Shown here: positions 24,112 through 35,223 of the stretch, in pieces
Layout: every line of letters begins with the position of its first letter
Numbering within the stretch: position 1 is the first letter of the stretch
Assembly: GCA_002269645.1 (NCBI GenBank)
Contig: NIVC01000065.1
Span: 62,001 to 126,000, forward strand
Source: Macrostomum lignano
Taxonomy: Eukaryota
Direction of reading: 5' to 3'
Length of the DNA stretch: 64,000 bases
The notes under the pieces: generated by a model
Databases searched by the model: none
Seen by the model: the letters and a program-made list of their open reading frames with translations, nothing else
What the model was told of the DNA's origin: nothing
Program-made: the position numbers and the translations under genes

Positions 24112-25320
24112 GGGGTGAGATTGTGAGAGTTTGGGTGAGACTGTTAGAGTTGGGGTGAGACTGGTAGACTGGGGATGAGACTGTGAGAGTTGGGTGAGAC
24201 TGTGAAAGTTGGGGTTAGACTGTGAGAGTTGGGGTGAGATTGTGAGAGTTGGGTTGAGACTGAGAGTTGGGGTGAGACTGGTAGACTGGGGGTGAGACTG
24301 TGAGAGTTGGGGTGAGATTGTGAGAGTTGGGTTGAGACTGAGAGTTGGGGTGAGACTGGTTGACTGGGGGTGAGACTGTGAGAGTTGGGGTGAGACTGGT
24401 AGACTGGGGATGAGACTGTGAGAGTTGGGTGAGACTATGAGAGTTGGGTGAGACTGGTAGACTGGGGATGAGACTGTGAGAGTTGGGTGAGACTGTGAGA
24501 GTTGGGGTGAGACTGGTAGACTGGGGATGAGACTGTGAGAGTTGGGTGAGACTGTGAGAGTTGGGGTGAGACTGGTAGACTGGGGGTGAGACTGAGAGTT
24601 GGGGTGAGACTGGTAGACTGGGGATGAGACTGTGAGAGTTGGGTGAGACTGTGAGAGTTGGGGTGAGACTGGTAGACTGGGGGTGAGACTGAGAGTTGGG
24701 GTGAGACTGGTAGACTGGGGGTGAGACTGGGAGAGTTGGGGTGAGACTGTGAGAGTTGGGTTGAGAATGGGAGAGCAGGTGTGAGACTGGGAGAGCAGGA
24801 GTGAGACTGGGAGAGCAGGTGTGAGACTGGGAGAGCAGGTGTGAGACTGGGAGAGCAGGTGTGAGACTGGAAGAGCAGGTGTGAGGCTGGGAGAGCAGGT
24901 GTGAGACTGGGAGAGCAGGTGTGAGACTGGGAGAGCAGGTGTGAGACTGGGAGAGCAGGTGTGAGACTGGGAGAGCAGGTGTGAGACTGGGAGAGCAGGT
25001 GTGAGACTGGAAGAGCAGGTGTGAGACTGGGAGAGCAGGAGTGAGACTGGGAGAGCAGGTGTGAGACTGGTAGAGCAGGGGTGAGACTGGGAGAGCAGGA
25101 GTGAGACTGGGAGAGCAGGAGTGAGACTGGTAGAGCAGGGGTGAGACTGGGAGAGCAGGAGTGAGACTGGGAGAGCAGGAGTGAGACTGGTAGAGCAGGG
25201 GTGAGACTGGGAGAGCAGGTGTGAGACTGGGAGAGCAGGGGTAAGACTGGGAGAGCAGGGGTGAGACTGTGAGAGCAGGAGTGAGACTGGTAGAGCAGGG
25301 GTGAGACTGTGAGAGCAGGA
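24112..25320. repeat. GA-rich minisatellite (10-bp mosaic grading into 20-bp GTGAGACTGGGAGAGCAGG[T/A/G] unit)
   Basis: Direct observation. It explains the 430-aa ORF. Confidence 0.96.
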
Positions 25321-25589
25321 ATGAGAATGGAATACGACTAAATTAATTGAATTGGAATACTCGGAGAACTGGGAGCTTGCAGACATATTTGCCACTGTCC
25401 AGTGTTTATATTTAATAACAGTCGATCCTTTAAATGGAGATGCAGAGTATAAAGGAATGAATTTTTGGATTTATAGTCAGAATCAGTCTGTGAGCAGTCC
25501 AGTTCAGCTGCTCATCAAATTCCGATGCAGAGCAACGAATTCACAGCCGCCAAATGCCGAAGCAGGCGAGCGGGTGGTAGGTAGGGAAT

Positions 25590-25812
25590 ACAAAATCCCG
25601 AGTTTTGCCAATCCCGGGATTCTCGGGATCGGGATATCCCGGACTTTGCCAATCCCGGGATTCTCGGGATCGGGATATCCCGGACTTTGCCAATCCCGGG
25701 ATTCTCGGGATCGGGATATCCCGGACTTTGCCAATCCGGGGATTCTCGGGATCGGGATATCCCGGACTTTGCCAATCCCGGGATTCTCGGGATCGGGATA
25801 TCCCGGACTTTG
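25590..25812. repeat. 41-bp palindrome-rich minisatellite x~5.4, possibly a TE subterminal relic
   Basis: Unit AATCCCGGGATTCTCGGGATCGGGATATCCCGGACTTTGCC, preceded by TAGGGAATACAAAATCCCG. Confidence 0.9.
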
Positions 25813-26131
25813 CCAGTAGACGTGCTTTTTTACATGCCAGTATCAGCTCAGGAAAATCCCACTTGATTGTGATGTAACCTGGGGAATGATAGCTCACAGA
25901 GATATGGCCCGAGGTACTGATACCAGGGTAGAAGAGGATCAGAACTCACCCTCCCAGAGGCACCCGCCCTAGATGGAGAACTGGTAGCTTGGGTTGTGGT
26001 CCGATAGCAAGGTCCCACTTCCCTAATCCCAACTATACGGCCAAGGAGTTTTGAAGGTAGGGACTGCTTAAAGTTCATGTAGTTCTGCCACCACCCCCTA
26101 TGCTGGGCATCTAAAGTGTATCCTGACAGAG

Positions 26132-26317
26132 CTAAGAAGTGAGTCCCCCCGCAACAGCCAACAAGAGCCAGTAGTCCCCAGCAACTAAACTGCAGCTCAA
26201 AGGCAGCTTTCCGGGGCACTCGATGATCCCGCCAGCTGGCAGGGCGGCAGCCCCCTGCTGAGCAGCCGCAGTCAGGCAGACCAGCAGCATCGCAGCCTGC
26301 AGTTTCCTGAAGTTCAT
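26132..26317 (-). CDS. Candidate first exon encoding a signal peptide
   Basis: GCCATG context. MNFRKLQAAMLLVCLTAAAQQGAAA has basic-hydrophobic-AxA structure. The donor is not resolved. Confidence 0.4.
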   Translation of the reverse strand: MNFRKLQAAMLLVCLTAAAQQGAAALPAGGIIECPGKLPLSCSLVAGDYWLLLAVAGGLTS

Positions 26318-26692
26318 GGCTGTCCTCTGCTACTGGAGAGAATGATGGCTGCTTTGCAAGAATTTTTTGGGAGATCTTGGTGCGGAAAAATTGCCTCTGA
26401 CCTGAGTCCATTTTATAGACTTCTCGAACCGTTTCTGCCTTCAGGTATTTGTTTTTTTCGACAATTATATTTTGCAGAAAGCTTTAAGAAATTGGACTAC
26501 TCTTTACAACTAAAAGAAATTTTTTTCCAAGTTTAGGGCAGTTTTTTGTTTATTTGAAATCTGCTTTTCTTCGCGCTTGTTCACCAACATCAAAGAACAT
26601 CAAAGACTGAAAATTCAGAAAAATTTTCTGACTAGCTTTCATTTGAACCGATAATTGATGGCGCATAAAAACTGAGGATCTGGGAAGGACGC

Positions 26693-26911
26693 CGCTACCC
26701 TCCCTGATCCTCAGAGTGCACCGCTTACCCTCCCTGATCCTCAGAGTGCACCGCTTACCCTCCCTGATCCTCAGAGTGCACCGCTTACCCTCCCTGATCC
26801 TCAGAGTGCACCGCTTACCCTCCCTGATCCTCAGAGTGCACCGCTTACCCTCCCTGATCCTCAGAGTGCACCGCTTACCCTCCCTGATCCTCAGAGTGCA
26901 CCGCTTACCCT
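26693..26911. repeat. 30-bp minisatellite x7
   Basis: Unit ACCCTCCCTGATCCTCAGAGTGCACCGCTT. Confidence 0.97.
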
Positions 26912-27277
26912 CTACTCCTCTAAATAAACTTAAGATTTTCCTACTTGCAGCATCTGCAATAATTAAAAAAGGCCATTACTATTCGAATATTAAAAAAATG
27001 TTCCGAGTAAACTTATGATGCCTAGCAACATATGATGTTATGCTGTATGGCAGTTTGAGTACAAGAATGATATCGCTTTTCATAAATACAATATGCACTG
27101 CACCTAGCTAGACCATATTTTCTAACAAGAGATTAAAAGGAAGACTGTTGCGTAAAAAGACACATAAAACAAAATTATGATAACGTCAGTTTAAACAGTC
27201 AGGTACTCGCGATACTTTTTCATATGGTACCAATCGTCTTTTTCCAGGACAAACATAGGGCGATTTAATTTCAACCA

Positions 27278-29136
27278 CTAAGATCTTAAAGGGATTCCAG
27301 ACAATGAATCAAAGGGTTTGGACCTTCTAGATCTGCGACGAGGTCCTTGTCGCTTTAAAGTTATAAATTTAACAGCAGCGACAAGAATCACGGCCAACAC
27401 TAGCAGTGAGGCTGTCACAGACACTATTAAAGCTATCAGATCAGTTTTATCTGAACTGTCCGTTTCTTTATCAGTTGATTCTTTAAAAATCACATGCTTG
27501 CTCAAATCTTTACAGCCGGTTATTGTGGATTCCAAGCAGTTGGAGTTGTGTTGCAAATCTTGATTGATTGGCTCAATTAGGAAGCTCAGCAACAGGTGCT
27601 GCGGCTGGTCGCAGTCAATGAATGACAATTTTAGTTTCTCCGAATCGTCAGGTTCAGCACTGATTGATGCGCAGTCTACCTGTGATGAAATGGACTGGTT
27701 CCTGGAATGATTAATTAGGTAATATGGTGTTTACATTTTCTTAAACAGGCAAGGACTGCCAAGAACAGCCAGGCATCACTCAGGTAGCCAAGAACTCAAT
27801 AAACAGTCTTTGTCATGAACTAAAAATCAAAGCCTGTACGCCCATTAAACGAAAAGCAACGAACCGTCGAGCAAGGGAATCCAAAGCAGCCCCAGTCGTG
27901 CTGAAATTCCCGATCACGCACGAACTGGAGCTCACTGACTGTCCAATCTGCGTCCATTGAATGATTTTGTTGCAACGAAACACCGCCACTCTCACAGGTC
28001 TGGTCAGGTTCAGCGGTCTGATGAATGGGTGCGCCTTCATTCTGTCACTATCTAAAATAACGGCGTTTATAGACTGTACCCATGAGCAATGACCAGCATG
28101 AGCAGCAGCTCAGCACTGTACCCATGAGCAATGACCAGCATGAGCAGCAGCTCAGCACTGTACCCATGAGCAATGACCAGCATGAGCAGCAGCTCAGCAC
28201 TGTACCCATGAGCAATGACCAGCATGAGCAGCAGCTCAGCACTGTACCCATGAGCAATGACCAGCATGAGCAGCAGCTCAGCACTGTACCCATGAGCAAT
28301 GACCAGCATGAGCAGCAGCTCAGCACTGTACCCATGAGCAATGACCAGCATGAGCAGCAGCTCAGCACTCACTGTCCCTCATCAGCTCATCCAGCTGCTC
28401 CGTCCCGGAGATCGCAGCCAGCTCAACTCCAGTACCGCTCAGATCCGACAGCCGCAGCTCCGAGTCGGAGATGAAGAGGCAGCGGCCCCGATGCAGCAGC
28501 ATGTGCCTGCCGCAGAAGCCCTTCTTGGCCACCGCGATGGTCAGCTCGATGCGACCGCAGCTCGCGCTCGGCTCGGAGTCGCCCGTCGAGAACCGGACCG
28601 TCAGCAGCTGCGAGCTGCTCAAGCGTTTCGGGTGGGTTTGACTTACCAATAAACATATTAAATGAGATCATTGGACAGAAACGCCACCAACCTTCTCATG
28701 ACAGGTACAATCAGAGGCGCTTTTGGCAGCGAGGTCGCATTGGTCCACTTTCTGACGAACGCGGATCCTGAATGAGGGAAGCAGAGGTTGTCAATGCAGA
28801 GCTTGCGCGTCAGTCATGTTAAACAGCCGCAGCTGTCAAGAGCCGTCCCGGTGGCTCAATCGCTCACCCTGCAGCTTCGCGGTCAGCTCAGACGGACATC
28901 TGGGTCCGCTGGCAGCAGCACCCGGCTGACGGTGGCCGAGGCGAAGCGATAGCACGAGCTGCAGCGGCTGAGTCATGCGGCCCAGCCTCACCTCCCAGCT
29001 GCATCGCTGCGATGAGACGAGTACGTTCACCTCTCTGTGGTTGGTGAGCAGAGTCTCAGGCTGGTCTGAGTCAGCGTTCATTGAGAACGCTTTGATGCTG
29101 TCCTGGATGCAGTAGTGATGGGCTGTCTCGACTGTG
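27278..29136 (-). CDS. Single-pass membrane protein, CUB-like + C-type-lectin-like + TM (paralog B)
   Basis: One open frame over exons 29136-28868, 28767-28692, 28617-28373, 28051-27865 and 27701-27278, with the same intron positions and phases as paralog A. The TM LIALIVSVTASLLVLAVILVAAVKFITL is followed by KRQGPRRRSRR. Confidence 0.72.
28073..28372. repeat. 42-bp minisatellite x7 in intron 3 of paralog B
   Basis: Homogeneous units starting directly at the exon-3 donor. Confidence 0.97.
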
Positions 29137-30189
29137 CTATGAAGAGATTTGAAGATAGTTGAAAGGTTTTGAACCTGTCCAATTAATTTGATGCAGTTGA
29201 TTTGGACTCTTTCTTCCACATTTTTCCTTTCTTGCAACATCATAATTTTAATTTAGTCGTCCAACCAATGCCAACAATTTGCATGAACTCACCTGATGTA
29301 CAGCGCTAAACTTAGCAACAATATTGTGAGCACTAGCGGCATCAATAAGCACATTTCAAGGTGTAGTAGTGTGAAAAAAAACTTGAACGCATTCGTTAAA
29401 CTGAAAGAGGAAGTTCAGATTTTTAGCCTCTATAATACGAGCGTACTTTAGAATGGTTTACATGCAATTTGTAGATACAGCGTACAGCGATTTGTGTGCG
29501 TAAGTTTTGTTCATTCTATGTATACATGCACATGTACTCCATGCCTGGTCAGTTTTTGTTCAACCTCGGTTCGAAACTGCCTGCATAGGGGAGGGGTATG
29601 TGAGAGCCGACATGAGGGCAAGACTTGCTATAGGTTTAGAACTTCGTGGCTGAATAAATGCGAGGCTCGCAGCTACTTGAACGAGCCGTAGCTCGCAAAG
29701 CAAGAAAGAAGGAAGGTCGTGCTTTCCTTGTACTCGTACTGCACAACCCTTATAAAGACTAAAATTAAATGTTTGCTCTAGATTCTAGAAATTTCCAATC
29801 CTCCGCCATGATTAATTTTGAACAGGAAATCACGTGATACGCTCGTAATGTTTCGAATTTTAACAATCCCTTACTGCATAAGGAAAAAGTATTTTACGTA
29901 ATTACTCATGCTGTCCACTTGAAATCTGCGTCACTCTTGATTAGAGGTCTTCAGCAGTGTTGGGCTCGAACCGAATCAAGGTAGTTGGTGGTGGTGGATC
30001 CAAGGACTTCTAGAATCTAGAGATAGCACTAGTTACTAACAAAATAGCTGGAACTGGCAAAGGTAAGTAAATACCCCTAGCAGATCCTATCTAGGAACGC
30101 CTGCAGCTTCGTCAGTGCGCGCACCTCGCTGAAGGCCTTAGTCTGAGACTCGTGGGCAGTCGCAAGCCGAAAAGACGAAGCCAATTCCG

Positions 30190-30410
30190 ACGAACTCGAT
30201 CTCCGTCCTCCGAAGCTGATGGCATTTGTCCTTGTTGGCCCATCAGGCCGGCTCTCTCCATTCGCTTCAGCAGAGCTTGCAGGCTTAAGCCGTGAGCAGC
30301 CTCCGTTGCTCCGTAGACGATGAAGTCGTCCAAGATGTGCTTGCTCCCCACTCCGGGCAGACTTGCTTCTACGTCATCCAGCATCCAGATTTCGGTGGAC
30401 TCACGTTGAG
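30190..30410 (-). mobile_element. Ty3/Gypsy reverse transcriptase fragment
   Basis: LPGV...ILDDFIVYGATEAAH...LQALLKRMERAGL is the YxDD region of a Gypsy RT, here degenerate. Confidence 0.72.
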
Positions 30411-30760
30411 AGCCATTCTCATCGCCATAGTTTGCTGAGCAGCTATGGACTGAACTGAACTAAGATTCAGTAATTCAATGAGCTACAGACCGCTTCAACG
30501 TATTTATACATTTACATGTGCTTGGCCTATATGAAAAAACTGACAAAGCGGTAAATTTATATTTACCAAAACCACAACTAAAATGCCTAGCAATTATTTA
30601 ATGCTCTACTAATAGTAGAAATATACGAAAAGTACGCTAAAAATAATCAATAAAATGTTTTCAATTTATTTATTGTGTCCTATTAAACTAATAGTTTTTT
30701 AGTCGCTGCACGGTAGCAACAACAATAATGGTATAAATACTCGTAATGCTGATTCGAGTT

Positions 30761-32314
30761 TCGAGCTTGTGAAGAATCGAGCTTGTGAATAATCGAGCTT
30801 GTGAAGAATCGAGCTTGTGAAGAATCGAGCTTGTGAAGAATCGAGCTTGTGAAGAATCGAGCTTGTGAAGAATCGAGCTTGTGAAGAATCGAGCTTGTGA
30901 AGAATCGAGCTTGTGAAGAATCGAGCTTGTGAAGAATCGAGCTTTTGAAGAATCGAGCTTGTGAAGAATCGAGATTGTGAAGAATCGAGCTTGTGAAGAA
31001 TCGAGCTTGTGAAGAATCGAGCTTGTGAAGAATCGAGCTTGTGAAGAATCGAGCTTGTGAAGAATCGAGCTTGTGAAGAATCAAACTTGTGAAGAATCGA
31101 GATTGTGAAGAATCGAGCTTGTGAATAATTGAGCTTGTGAAGAATCGAGCTTGTGAAGAATCGAGATTGTGAAGAATCGAGCTTGTGAAGAATCGAGCTT
31201 GTGAAGAATCGAGATTGTGAAGAATCAAGATTGTGAAGAATTGAGCTTGTGAAGAATCGAGCTTGTGAAGAATCGAGATTGTGAAGAATCGAGATTGTGA
31301 AGAATCGAGCTTGTGAAGAATCGAGCTTGTGAAGAATCGAGATTGTGAAGAATCGAGATTGTGAAGAATCGAGCTTGTGAATAATTGAGCTTGTGAAGAA
31401 TCGAGCTTGTGAAGAATCGAGCTTGTGAAGAATCGAGCTTGTGAAGAATCGAGATTGTGAAGAATCGAGATTGTGAAGAATCGAGATTGTGAAGAATCGA
31501 GCTTGTGTGAAGAATCGAACTTGTGAAGAATCGAGATTGTGAAGAATCGAGCTTGTGAAGAACCGAGCTTGTGAAGAATCGAGATTGTGAAGAATCGAGA
31601 TTGTGAAGAATCGAGCTTGTGAATAATTGAGCTTGTGTAGAATCGAGCTTGTGAAGAATCGAGCTTGTGAAGAATCGAACTTGTGAAGAATCGAGATTGT
31701 GAAGAATCGAGCTTGTGAATAATTGAGCTTGTGTAGAATCGAGCTTGTGAAGAATCGAGCTTGTGAAGAATCGAACTTGTGAAGAATCGAGATTGTGAAG
31801 AATCGAGCTTGTGAAGAATCGAGCTTGTGAAGAATCGAGATTGTGAAGAATCGAGCTTGTGAATAATTGAGCTTGTGAAGAATCGAGCTTGTGAAGAATC
31901 GAGCTTGTGAAGAATCGAGATTGTGAAGAATCGAGATTGTGAAGAATCGAGCTTGTGAAGAATCGAGCTTGTGAAGAATCGAGATTGTGAAGAATCGAGA
32001 TTGTGAAGAATCGAGCTTGTGAAGAACCGAGCTTGTGTGAAGAATCGAGATTGTGAAGAATCGAGCTTGTGAATAATTGAGCTTGTGAAGAATCGAGCTT
32101 GTGTGAAGAATCGAGCTTGTGAAGAATCGAGCTTGTGTGAAGAATCGAGCTTGTGAAGAATCGAGCTTGTGAAGAATCGAGCTTGTGAAGAATCGAGCTT
32201 GTGAAGAATCGAGCTTGTGAAGAATCGAGATTGTGAAGAATCGAGCTTGTGAAGAATCGAGCTTGTGAAGAATCGAGCTTGTGAAGAACCGAGCTTGTGA
32301 AGAATCGAGCTTGT
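30761..32314. repeat. 16-bp minisatellite x~96
   Basis: Unit GAAGAATCGAGCTTGT, with AGATTGT and TAATTG variants. Confidence 0.98.
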
Positions 32315-32879
32315 ATCTTCAGCTTGTGAAGCTTTGAACTTGCATAGAGCTTCCGTTACTCTAAGTAGTGGACGTCAAAAAAAGTGTTTGAAATCCGGGT
32401 AGACAGAAAATGAACTTCATTGTGAATTTGTTTCTTTTTAGCCTGGTATATTTATCAACAGCAGAGTGCACACATGGGATTAGACAAGCTTGTGCGTACG
32501 CAGTGGAGTTATGTACATTAAGATAGGTTTTAGTGCTGAAAAAGAACTGCAATTAAACATTTAGTAAACATAGAAAATATATTCATCATTTAAGCCATTT
32601 GAATAGATTAACTAAGCTATGTTAGTGTAGCAAAACACAGTTGTGTATGAATAAAAGTTCAAATTTGTTTAACTGAACCTGTGCAGAGCGCAACACGCAC
32701 TCGAGATAAGCAGGCTAAATAGGTTAAAAGTGCAAAGAAGGATATGGCAAATTTTTGTGCAAATTAGAACATTATGACTAGTTTTTTCTCAAGAGTAAAT
32801 TATTGGAAAGTAGAATCCTGCTTTAAACAGAATTCAAGTTCAAATAAGAAGTGGTCCGAGCTTTCGTTGCTAAAGAAGT

Positions 32880-33112
32880 CCATGGCTACAATAGTCCATG
32901 ACTACAATAGTCCATGGCTACAATAGTCCATGGCTACAATTGTCCATGGCTACAATAGTCCATTGCTACAATAGTCTATGGCTAAAATAGTCCATGGCTA
33001 CAACAGTCCATGGCTACAATAGTCCATGGCTACAATAGTCCATGGCTACAACAGTCCATGGCTACAATAGTCCATGGCTACAACAGTCCATGGCTACAAC
33101 AGTCCATGGCTA
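32880..33112. repeat. 16-bp minisatellite x~14
   Basis: Unit CTACAATAGTCCATGG. Confidence 0.96.
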
Positions 33113-33325
33113 GAACATTCCGATAGTGAAATATGTCCTCAGCAAAGTCTATACATACTACTGCGATGACTAAGTTTTGAATTTTTTCATTTTCTTGTTA
33201 TCAAATAGAATTCACCATCATAAGAATAAACGGTTAAAACAAACAAAATTTTTCGTATCAATCAACAAAATATGCGTTAAACTGTCCTGTAGTTAGAATC
33301 CACGATTGTTTTTGTTTGGAAAAGT

Positions 33326-34009
33326 TCACGGGTTCGAGTCTCCCTCGTCGGACGCAGCGGCGCCCATGATAGCTTCGATTGAATAGCCTCCGCTACCGCC
33401 TCCGGAACCGCCACCAATTCCACGGAATCGTTTGACTTCAGATGGAAACAGTGTCGATAGCTGTCTCTGATGCTGCTGCTGCTGCTGCTGCTGCTGTTGC
33501 TGATAAAACGCCATAGGAGGAGGAAAGGGCAGAGCGCTGTAGCCCCAGATCGACTGCGACGGCATCGGCGGCATCGGCGGAGGCATCGGTGGAGGCTGCT
33601 GGCGCTGCTCCCAAACTGCTCCGGTCGTAACGCCTTCGTTAGGGCCTCCATGCGGCAGGACCGAGCGCAGACCCTTCGCCCACATCAGCGGCCAGGTGGC
33701 AGCGGCGGCGGCCGCGGCGGCAGCAGCAGCTGCGGCGGTGGTTGAGCCAGTCGAAGTCAGATGCTGCTGCTGCTGCTGCTGCTGCTGGTTATTCAGCCAG
33801 GGATCGAAGGACTGTGAAGCGTTCAGCTGTAAGCTGGCGTGGATCGAAGACGACAGAGACGGCGGTAGGGGCGGCAACGTCTGTGCCAGCGGCGGCAGCG
33901 GCGGCGGAGGTGGCAGGCTCGGCATTGTCAGCATCGAGTGCGAGCGCTTCACCGCGCCAGAGCGACGGGCCTTGGCAGTTGAGACCGGAGCGTGCTTGCT
34001 TAGCGACTG
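33326..34009 (-). CDS. SKOR: SKOR/Fussel exon 2 (low-complexity P/Q/A-rich C-terminus)
   Basis: Pyrimidine tract + CCGCAG|CAG acceptor, phase 0, matching the exon-1 donor. Open to the stop at 33326. Confidence 0.7.
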   Translation of the reverse strand, partial: QSLSKHAPVSTAKARRSGAVKRSHSMLTMPSLPPPPPLPPLAQTLPPLPPSLSSSIHASLQLNASQSFDPWLNNQQQQQQQQHLTSTGSTTAAAAAAAAAAAAATWPLMWAKGLRSVLPHGGPNEGVTTGAVWEQRQQPPPMPPPMPPMPSQSIWGYSALPFPPPMAFYQQQQQQQQQQHQRQLSTLFPSEVKRFRGIGGGSGGGSGGYSIEAIMGAAASDEGDSNP

Positions 34010-34389
34010 CTGCGGATGGAGACGGCGTGGAGAGGTGCAACTGATGCAAAGGCTTTTGTCAGGATTTTGCATCCAACAACCAAATTAGAGACTCCCAATA
34101 ACGTTGAGGAGCTTTATTCTCGAACCATGTAGCATTTCGAGCATAACAAACATATCAAAAGGACATACAGAAAACAAACCTCTTGCATACATAACGCTGT
34201 CGCTGTGAGCCCCCGTGCGTAACTTCCTAGAGAACAACCGTCAATTGAGTCCCCGTGCATCACTTCTTAGAAAGCAAACAACCGTCAATTAAGTCCCCGT
34301 GCATCACTTCTTAGAAAACAACCATCAAGAGTTCCTTTATTGAACGAACTCCGAAAGAAGAGACGCCAATTAACAGTCCCTGAACTCAC

Positions 34390-35183
34390 ATTCTCCTCAT
34401 CTGATTTTTCCACAACAGGCGATTTATCACCACCGGCGATGCCGTCGCCTCCTCCAACGGAGGAGTTCACCTCTTCGTCCTCCCCCTCGGTCCCGCATCC
34501 GCCGCCGCCGCCGCCGCTACCGCCGCTACCGCCGGGTCCTCGACGCCGGGAACCGCCGTTGAACATGGCCTTGACATCCTCCCAGTTGTAGAGCAGCTCC
34601 CGGTCTGGGGCCGGGTCAGTTAGGCTCAGGTGCCGACGCCAGGCGTTGAAATTGGCTGCGTCTGGCTGGCGATAGCTCCTACCGTCCACCTGATGGCAGT
34701 GAAAGATGAACTTGTTCGGCGACAGGAACTGCTGGCAGTGGTGGCAGCGGATGCACTTGGCCCTGGAGCTGGTGTACCTGGCCGGGTAGAAGTAGCCCCG
34801 ACAGCCCCAGCCGCAGCTGTGGCTCACGTCAAAGCTGAACGATTCGGGCAGCTGAGGCACGGTGACGTCATCCAGAAACGATTTGACCAGCCGCTCCGCC
34901 TCCCGCCGAGTGATCATGCCGCACCGTCTGGACGACACTGGCATCGCGCCGGCCCGTCTGAGCAGCTCCAACTGCACTGGGTGCACTGGACGCAAGTGAT
35001 GCCCAGAGCGACTCGACGATTGTGGATCTCGTTGTAGGAGAACGATTTGAGCAGGGTGTTGGAGATCTGGGCGAGGCAGAGGCGTTCTTCGCCGTCCAGT
35101 TGGAGGGACACGATGTTGGAGCCGTACAGCTGAACAGTGCCGATCTGCTTGACTGCCTGCTGTTGAGCCTGTTGTTGCTGCAT
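34390..35183 (-). CDS. SKOR: SKOR/Fussel (Ski-family co-repressor) exon 1: DHD + SAND-like c-Ski SMAD-binding domain
   Basis: IVSLQLDGEERLCLAQISNTLLKSFSYNEIHNRRVALGITCVQCT-(PVQ)LELLRRAGAMPVSSRRCGMITRREAERLVKSFL, HSCGWGCRGYFYPARY..SRAKCI and DAANFNAWRRHL...WEDVKAMFNG are diagnostic of SKOR1/2. There is a 1-nt frameshift at 34979-34981. The donor is AAT|GTGAGT. Confidence 0.95.
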
Positions 35184-35223
35184 GTCTGCAAAGGGATAGG
35201 AGATCTGCTGTGCTGTGTCCTGA

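Noticed and set aside
25868-26128. Possible short solo LTR (TGTGATGTAACC...TGACA), sharing GTGATGTAACC with the 14896 end
   Set aside because: No TSD, PBS or second copy, so too weak to call.
34208-34325. Three CCCCGTGC...CTAG/TTAG units in the SKOR intron as Helitron 3' ends
   Set aside because: There is no GC hairpin partner. It is best read as a short degenerate tandem duplication.
33470-35191. Plus-strand and alternative-frame ORFs over SKOR, and likewise over CKAP5 exons
   Set aside because: These are antisense or shadow frames of GC-rich coding exons.
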